64,000 nucleotides of DNA from Eledone cirrhosa (taxonomy: Eukaryota). The position numbers and the translations under genes were made by a program. The DNA lies in the NCBI GenBank assembly GCA_964016885.1, contig OZ024740.1:399590001-399654000 (forward strand), written 5' to 3'. Shown one piece after another: positions 57,501 to 64,000 of the stretch. Within the stretch, counting starts at the first letter, position 1; every line of letters starts with the position of its first letter. Under the pieces are notes generated by a model. It saw only the letters and a list, made by a program, of their open reading frames with translations. It ran no database searches and was not told the origin of the DNA.

Positions 57501-60500
57501 GTTGTGACTCCTACACGACCACTTTACACTCTGGGCTGGGTGCTTTTTGTTGTGACTCCTACATGACCACTTTACAGTGGGATGGGTGCTTTTTGTTGGG
57601 ACTCCTACACGACCACTTTACACCCTGGGTTGGGTGCTTTTTGTTGGGACTCCTACACGACCACTTTACACTGTGGGCTGGGTGCTTTTTGTTGGGACTC
57701 CTACACGACCACTTTACACTCTGGGCTGGGTGCTTTTTGTTATGACTTCTACATGACCACTTTACAGTGTGGGTTGGGTGCTTTTTGTTGTGACTCCTAC
57801 ACGACCACTTTACAGTGTGGGCTGGGTGCTTTTTTTTGTGACTCCTACACGACCACTTTACACTCTGGGCTGGGTGCTTATTGTTGTGACTCCTACACAA
57901 CCACTTTCCAGTGTGGGCTGGGTGCTTTTTGTTGTGACTCCTAAATGACCACTTTACAGTGGGATGGGTGCTTTTTGTTGTGACTCCTACATGACCATTT
58001 TACAGAGTGGGCTCGGCGCTTTTTGTTGTGACTCCTACACGACCATTTTACACTCTGGGCTGGGTGCTTTTTGTTGTGACTCCTACATGACCACTTTACA
58101 GTGGGATGGGTGCTTTTTGTTGCGACTCCTAAATGACCACTTTACAGTGGGATGGGTGCTTTTTGTTGTGACTCCTACACGACCACTTTACACTGTGGGC
58201 TGGGTACTTTTTGTGATGACTTCTACACGACCACTTTACAGTGTGGGCTGGGTGCTTTTTGTCGGGACTCCTACACGACCACTTTACAGTGTGGGCTGGG
58301 TGGTTTTTGTTTTGACTCCTACATGACCACTTTACAGTGGGCTGGGTGCTTTTTGTTGTGACTCCTACATGACCACTTTACACTCTGGGCTGGGTGCTTT
58401 TTGTTATGACTTCTACACGACCACTTTACAGTGTGGGCTCGGTGCTTTTTGTTGTGACTCCTACACGACCACTTTACACTCTGGGCTGGGTGCTTATTGT
58501 TGTGACTCCTACACAACCACTTTCCAGTGTGGGCTGGGTGCTTTTTGTTGTGACTCCTAAATGACCACTTTACAGTGGGATGGGTGCTTTTTGTTGTGAC
58601 TCCTACATGACCATTTTACAGTGTGGGCTGGGTGCTTTTTGTTTTGACTCCTACATGACCACTTTACAGTGGGATGGGTGCTTTTTGTTGCGAATCCTAC
58701 ACGACCACTTTACAGTGTGGGCTGGGTGCTTTTTTTTGTGACTCCTACACGACTACTTTACACTCTGGGCTGGGTGCTTTTTGTTGTGAATCCTACACGA
58801 CCACTTTACACCGTGGGCTGGGTGCTTTTTGTTATGACTTCTACACGACCACTTTACACTGTCGGCTCGGTGCTTTTTGTTGTGACTCCTACACAACCAC
58901 TTTACAGTGTGGGCTGGGTGCTTTTTTGTTGTGAATCCTACACGACCACTTTACACTCTGGGCTGGGTGCTTTTTGTTATGACTTCTATAAGACCACTTT
59001 ACAGTGTGGGATGGGTGCTTTTTGTTGTGACTCCTACATGACCACTTTACACTCTGGGCTGGGTGCTTTTTGTTGTGACTCCTACACGACCACTTTACAC
59101 CGTGGGCTGGGTGCTTTTTGTTATGACTTCTACACGACCACTTTACACTGTGGGCTCGGTGCTTTTTGTTGTGACACCTACACAACCACTTTACAGTGTG
59201 GGCTGCGTGCTTTTTGTTGTGAATCCTACACGACCACTTTACACTCTGGGCTGGGTGCTTTTTGTTATGACTTCTATACGACCACTTTACAGTGTGGGAT
59301 GGGTGCTTTTTGTTGTGACTCCTACACGACCACTTTACACTCTGGGCTCGGTGCTTTTTGTTGGGACTCCTACACGACCACTTTACACTGTGGGCTGGGT
59401 GCTTTTTGTTGGGACTCCTACACGACCACTTTACACTCTGGGTTGGGTGCTTTTTGTTGGGACTCCTACACGACCACTTTACACTGTGGGCTGGGTGCTT
59501 TTTGTTGGGACTCCTACACGACCACTTTACACTCTGGGCTGGGTGCTTTTTGTTGACTTCTACATGACCACTTTACAGTGTGGGCTGGGTGCTTTTTGTT
59601 GTGACTCCTACACGACCACTTTACACTCTGGGCTGGGTGCTTTTTGTTGTGACTCCTACACGACCACATTACACTGTGGGCTGGGTGCTTTTTGTTATGA
59701 CTTCTACACGACCACTTTACAGTGTGGGCTGGGTGCTTTTTGTTGTGACTCATACACAACCACTTTACAGTGTGGGCTGGGTGCTTTTTGTTGTGACTCC
59801 TAAATGACCACTTTAAAGTGGGATGGGTGCTTTTTGTTTTGACTCCTACACGACCACTTTACACTCTGGGCTGGGTGCTTTTTGTTGTGACTCATACACA
59901 ACGACTTTACAGTGTGGGCTGGGTGCTTTTTGTTGTGACTCCTAAATGACCACTTTACAGTGGGATGGGTGCTTTTTGTTGTGACTCCTACACGACCAAT
60001 TTACAGTGTGGGCTGGGTGCTTTTTGTTTTCACTCCAACATGACCACTTTACAGTGGGATGGGTGCTTTTTGTTGCGACTCCTACACGACCACTTTACAG
60101 TGTGGGCTGGGTGCTTTTTTTTGTGACTCCTACACGACTACTTTACAGTGTGGGCTGGGTGCTTTTTGTTGTGACTCCTACACGACCACTTTACACTCTG
60201 GGCTGGGTGCTTTTTGTTGGGACTCCTACACGACCACTTTACACTCTGGGCTGGGTACTTTTTGTTGTGACTCCTACACGACCACTTTACACCGTGGGCT
60301 GGGTGCTTTTTGTTATGACTTCTACACGATCACTTTACAGTGTGGGCTCGGTGCTTTTTGTTGGGACTCCTAAATGACCACTTTACACTCTGGGCTGGGT
60401 GCTTTTTGTTATGACTTCTATACGACCACTTTACAGTGTGGGCTGGGTGCTTTTTGTTGTGACTCCTAAATGACCACTTTACACTGTGGGCTGGGTGCTT

Positions 60501-61900
60501 TTTGTTGTGACTCCTACACGACCACTTTACACTGTGGGCTGGGTGCTTTTTGTTATGACTTCTACACGACCACTTTACACTGTGGGCTCGGTGCTTTTTA
60601 TTGTGACTCCTACACGACTACTTTACAGTGTGGGATGGGTGCTTTTTGTTGTGACTCCTACACGACCCCTTTACACTGTGGGCTGGGTGCTTTTTGTTGT
60701 GACTCCTACACGACCACTTTACACTCTGGGCTGGGTGCTTTTTGTTGGGACTCCTACACGACCACTTTACACTGTGGGCTGGGTGCTTTTTGTTGGGACT
60801 CCTACACGACCACTTTACACTGTGGGATGGGTGCTTTTTGTTGTGACTCCTACACGACCACTTTACACTCTGGGCTGGGTGCTTTTTGTTGTGACTCCTA
60901 CACGACCACTTTACACTGTGGGCTGGGTGCTTTTTGTTGGGACTCCTACACGACCACTTTACACTGTGGGCTGGGTGCTTTTTGTTATGACTTCTACACG
61001 ACCACTTTACACTGTGGGCTCGGTGCTTTTTGTTGTGACTCCTACATGACCACTTTACAGTGGGATGGGTGCTTTTTGTTGTGACTCCTACACGACCACT
61101 TTACACCGTGGGCTGGGTGCTTTTTGTTGGGACTCCTACACGACCACTTTACACTCTGGGCTGGGTGCTTTTTGTTGTGACTCCTACACGACTACTTTAC
61201 ACTGTGGGCTGGGTGCTTTTTGTTGTGACTCCTACACGACCCCTTTACACTGTGGGCTGGGTGCTTTTTGTTGTGACTCCTACACGACTACTTTACAGTG
61301 TGGGATGGGTGCTTTTTGTTGTGACTCCTACACGACCCCTTTACACTGTGGGCTGGGTGCTTTTTGTTGTGACTCCTACACGACTACTTTACAGTGTGGG
61401 ATGGGTGCTTTTTGTTGTGACTCCTACACGACCCCTTTACACTGTGGGCTCGGTGCTTTTTATTGTGACTCCTACACGACTACTTTACAGTGTGGGATGG
61501 GTGCTTTTTGTTGTGACTCCTACACGACCCCTTTACACTGTGGGCTGGGTGCTTTTTGTTGTGACTCCTACACGACCACTTTACACTCTGGGCTGGGTGC
61601 TTTTTGTTGGGACTCCTACACGACCACTTTACACTGTGGGATGGGTGCTTTTTGTTGTGACTCCTACACGACCACTTTACACTCTGGGCTGGGTGCTTTT
61701 TGTTGTGACTCCTACACGACCACTTTACACTGTGGGCTGGGTGCTTTTTGTTGGGACTCCTACACGACCACTTTACACTGTGGGATGGGTGCTTTTTGTT
61801 GTGACTCCTACACGACCACTTTACACTCTGGGCTGGGTGCTTTTTGTTGTGACTCCTACATGACCACTTTACAGTGGGATGGGTGCTTTTTGTTGTGACT
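42600..61900. repeat. Domain of irregular ~4-kb higher-order units
   Basis: The marker CAGAGTGGGCTCGGCGC occurs at ~42,686, 46,689, 51,130, 55,331 and 58,003 (spacings 4,003, 4,441, 4,201, 2,672). ORF pairs sit at offset 4,441 (46650/51091, 47355/51796, 48836/53277, 49300/53741). Confidence 0.85.
53351..58762. repeat. 2,672-bp (~56-monomer) tandem duplication, 2 copies
   Basis: Identical ORF translations at offset 2,672 (53741/56413, 54331/57003, 54887/57559, 55292/57964, 55697/58369). Bounding mismatches are at 53,350/56,022 and 56,091/58,763. Confidence 0.9.
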
Positions 61901-62903
61901 CCTACACGACCACTTTACACCGTGGGCTGGGTGCTTTTTGTTGGGACTCCTACACGACCACTTTACACCCTGGGTTGGGTGCTTTTTGTTGGGACTCCTA
62001 CACGACCACTTTACACTGTGGGCTGGGTGCTTTTTGTTGGGACTCCTACACGACCACTTTACACTCTGGGCTGGGTGCTTTTTGTTATGACTTCTACATG
62101 ACCACTTTACAGTGTGGGCTGGGTGCTTTTTGTTGTGACTCCTACACGACCACTTTACAGTGTGGGCTGGGTGCTTTTTTTTGTGACTCCTACACGACTA
62201 CTTTACAGTGTGGGATGGGTGCTTTTTGTTGTGACTCCTACACGACCACTTTACACTCTGGGCTGGGTGCTTTTTGTTATGACTTCTACATGACCACTTT
62301 ACAGTGTGGACTGGGTGCTTTTTGTTGTGACTCCTACACGACCACTTTACAGTGTGGGCTGGGTGCTTTTTTTTGTGACTCCTACACGACTACTTTACAG
62401 TGTGGGATGGGTGCTTTTTGTTGTGACTCCTACACGACCACTTTACACTCTGGGCTGCGTGCTTTTTGTTGGGACTCCTACACGACCACTTTACACTGTG
62501 GGCTGGGTGCTTTTTGTTATGACTTCTACACGACCACTTTACAGTGTGGGCTCGGTGCTTTTTGTTGTGACTCCTACACGACCACTTTACACTCTGGGCT
62601 GGGTGCTTATTGTTGTGACTCCTACACAACCACTTTACAGTGTGGGCTGGGTGCTTTTTGTTGTGACTCCTAAATGACCACTTTACAGTGGGATGGGTGC
62701 TTTTTGTTGTGACTCCTACACGACCATTTTACAGTGTGGGCTGGGTGCTTTTTGTTTTGACTCCTACATGACCACTTTACAGTGGGATGGGTGCTTTTTG
62801 TTGCGACTCCTACACGACCACTTTACAGTGTGGGCTGGGTGCTTTTTTTTGTGACTCCTACACGACTACTTTACACTCTGGGCTGGGTGCTTTTTGTTGT
62901 GAC

Positions 62904-63486
62904 CCGTGGTAGATATATATAAAAATCAAAGGATGACAAAGAAAACAAAGTAATGTTTTACCCAATATATTTCAATATGATATTTCAGGGCTATACCCTC
63001 TTTTCAAATGTGAAACAGAAACAGTTTAAAACAAAAATGAACAATCAAAGTGTTCTTCCTTAACTGGTCAACATATCTGAAATAAGCATGCGAGGAGTCA
63101 TTGTAGTAGCTGATTTACTTCGTGCATTTCCTATCTATTATTTATCTGTGGTTTTCTTTCTGATGACAATGGCCTCTTTGATTCTTAAATTACCACATTC
63201 CTTTCTGTCACCTCTATGGTAACCTCAATGTTGTGACTACAGCATCTGTCAAGATGTTTTTTGACAGAAGAAGCTCGTTGTCATGTTCCACTTGAGCAGC
63301 ATCCGGACATTACTTCCAATGTACGAGAAGCTACATGTTTTACATGTGACGTTGTAGACCACATACGCTCGTGGTTTTTTATTTCTTTAAAACTATGTTT
63401 GACTTACACTTTAATAATTAATATGGTAAAGGTAGTGTGGAATAAGTTTAACATGAGATTGTTTCAATGTCTGAATAAAACTATCA
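62904..63486. other. AT-rich non-repetitive flank of the satellite array (non-coding as far as visible)
   Basis: There is no 48-bp periodicity. The sequence has A/T runs (AGATATATATAAAAATC, TTTTTATTTCTTTAAAAC) and only a short ORF with no recognisable motif. Confidence 0.75.
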
Positions 63487-63626
63487 TATTTTATCAACCC
63501 CATAAGGATGAAAGACAAATCTAAACTCAACAGGATTTGATCTCAGTACGTAAACTGAGGAACATAACTGTATGTGGCAAAACATGTTGCCCGATGCTTT
63601 AGTAATACTGCCAATCCTCCACCTTT
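63487..63626 (-). mobile_element. SINE-like element, partial copy lacking ~80 bp of the 3' end
   Basis: Aligns by eye with 63,723-63,859 (TTATCAACCCCATAAGGATGAAAGACAAA...GATTTGATCTCAGTACGTAAA...TGCCAATC). The minus strand has a degenerate A-box-like TGGCAGTATTAC (~63,602-63,613) and a B-box-like GAGATCAAATCC (63,533-63,544). Confidence 0.65.
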
Positions 63627-63642
63627 GATACTAACAATAATT

Positions 63643-63859
63643 GTTTCTGATTTAGGCACAAGGTCAGCAAATTTGAAGGAGGCGAAAGTCGATTAAATTG
63701 ACCCCAGTGCATTACTGGTACATTATTTCATCAATCCCATAAGGATGAAAGACAAACCTGACATAGGAGTGATTTGAACTCAGTATGTAAAGGGACGTAA
63801 CTATATGCCACAGAGCATGTTATCTGATGCTCTGCTGATAATGCCAATCTACCACTCTT
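63643..63859 (-). mobile_element. tRNA-derived SINE-like element, near full length (~220 bp), diverged
   Basis: Read on the minus strand: A-box-like TGGCATTATCAG (~63,835-63,846), B-box-like GAGTTCAAATC (63,771-63,781), central TCTTTCATCCTTATGGGATTGATGAAATAATGTACCAG, and 3' end CCTTGTGCCTAAATCAGAAAC followed by an ATT-like tail. It shares sequence with both neighbours at 224-237 bp spacing. The resemblance to an abundant Octopus SINE is from memory. Confidence 0.72.
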
Positions 63860-63866
63860 AATAATG

Positions 63867-64000
63867 GTTTCTGATTTAGGCACAAGGCCAACAATTTTGG
63901 AGGAAGGGAAAGTTGATTAAATCAACCCCAATGTGTTGCAGGCACTTTATTTTATCAATCCTGTAAGAATGGAAGGCAAAGCTAACTTCGGTGGGATTTG
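63867..64000 (-). mobile_element. SINE-like element, third copy (5' part lies beyond the window edge)
   Basis: GTTTCTGATTTAGGCACAAGG at 63,867 is identical to 63,643 (offset 224). It continues GATTAAATCAACCCCA...TTATTTTATCAATCC...AAGGCAAAG...GGGATTTG, collinear with the middle copy, and the window ends inside the B-box. Confidence 0.72.

Larger units (their letters stand above)
1..62903. repeat. 48-bp tandem satellite DNA array (~1,310 monomers, single orientation, continues beyond the left window edge)
   Basis: The unit CTGGGTGCTTTTTGTTGTGACTCCTACACGACCACTTTACA(C/G)T(G/C)TGGG repeats continuously with few substitutions per unit and occasional 46/47/49-bp indel variants. The last matching bases are ...GGTGCTTTTTGTTGTGAC at 62,903. 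The monomer count is estimated as length/48. Confidence 0.99.

Noticed and set aside
1-62903. CRISPR array or other repeat-spacer system
   Set aside because: There are no unique spacers. The whole 48 bp is repeated with only point variants, there are no cas-like genes, and the flank looks eukaryotic.
1-62903. Telomeric repeat
   Set aside because: There are no TTAGGG or TTAGG tracts, and the higher-order block duplications indicate recombinational rather than telomerase-templated synthesis.
1-62903. Satellite-encoded hammerhead ribozyme or tandem tRNA genes
   Set aside because: The monomer lacks the CTGANGA and GAAA core motifs on either strand and is too short for a cloverleaf.
63160-63200. 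CTGATGA hammerhead-core-like motif in the flank
   Set aside because: It is not followed by a stem II and GAAA, so it is likely a chance 7-mer.
63261-63524. 87-aa ORF in the unique flank
   Set aside because: It starts at TTG, is short and AT-rich, has no recognisable domain, and its end runs into the SINE-like copy.

Overview
About 98% of this window (1 to ~62,903) is one head-to-tail array of a 48-bp satellite, consensus CTGGGTGCTTTTTGTTGTGACTCCTACACGACCACTTTACA(C/G)T(G/C)TGGG, with roughly 1,310 monomers and no spacers. The array is open at the left edge. It is built from a small set of recurring monomer variants arranged in nested higher-order duplications, with periods of 96, 192, 240, 713, 958, 1,150, 1,525, 2,672, 3,106, ~4,000-4,441 and 8,748 bp. 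The long ORFs in the track are best explained as by-products of a monomer length divisible by 3, and I call no protein-coding gene. The array ends abruptly at 62,903 and is followed by AT-rich unique DNA. From ~63,487 there are three head-to-tail, diverged copies of a ~225-bp tRNA-type SINE-like element on the minus strand. From memory this element resembles an abundant octopus SINE, so the source is probably a eukaryotic, possibly cephalopod, genome; this is not verified by a search. I found no evidence of a novel protein-based system. The most interesting signals are the satellite's internal dyads, its CpG-decay pattern, its higher-order structure and its sharp boundary.
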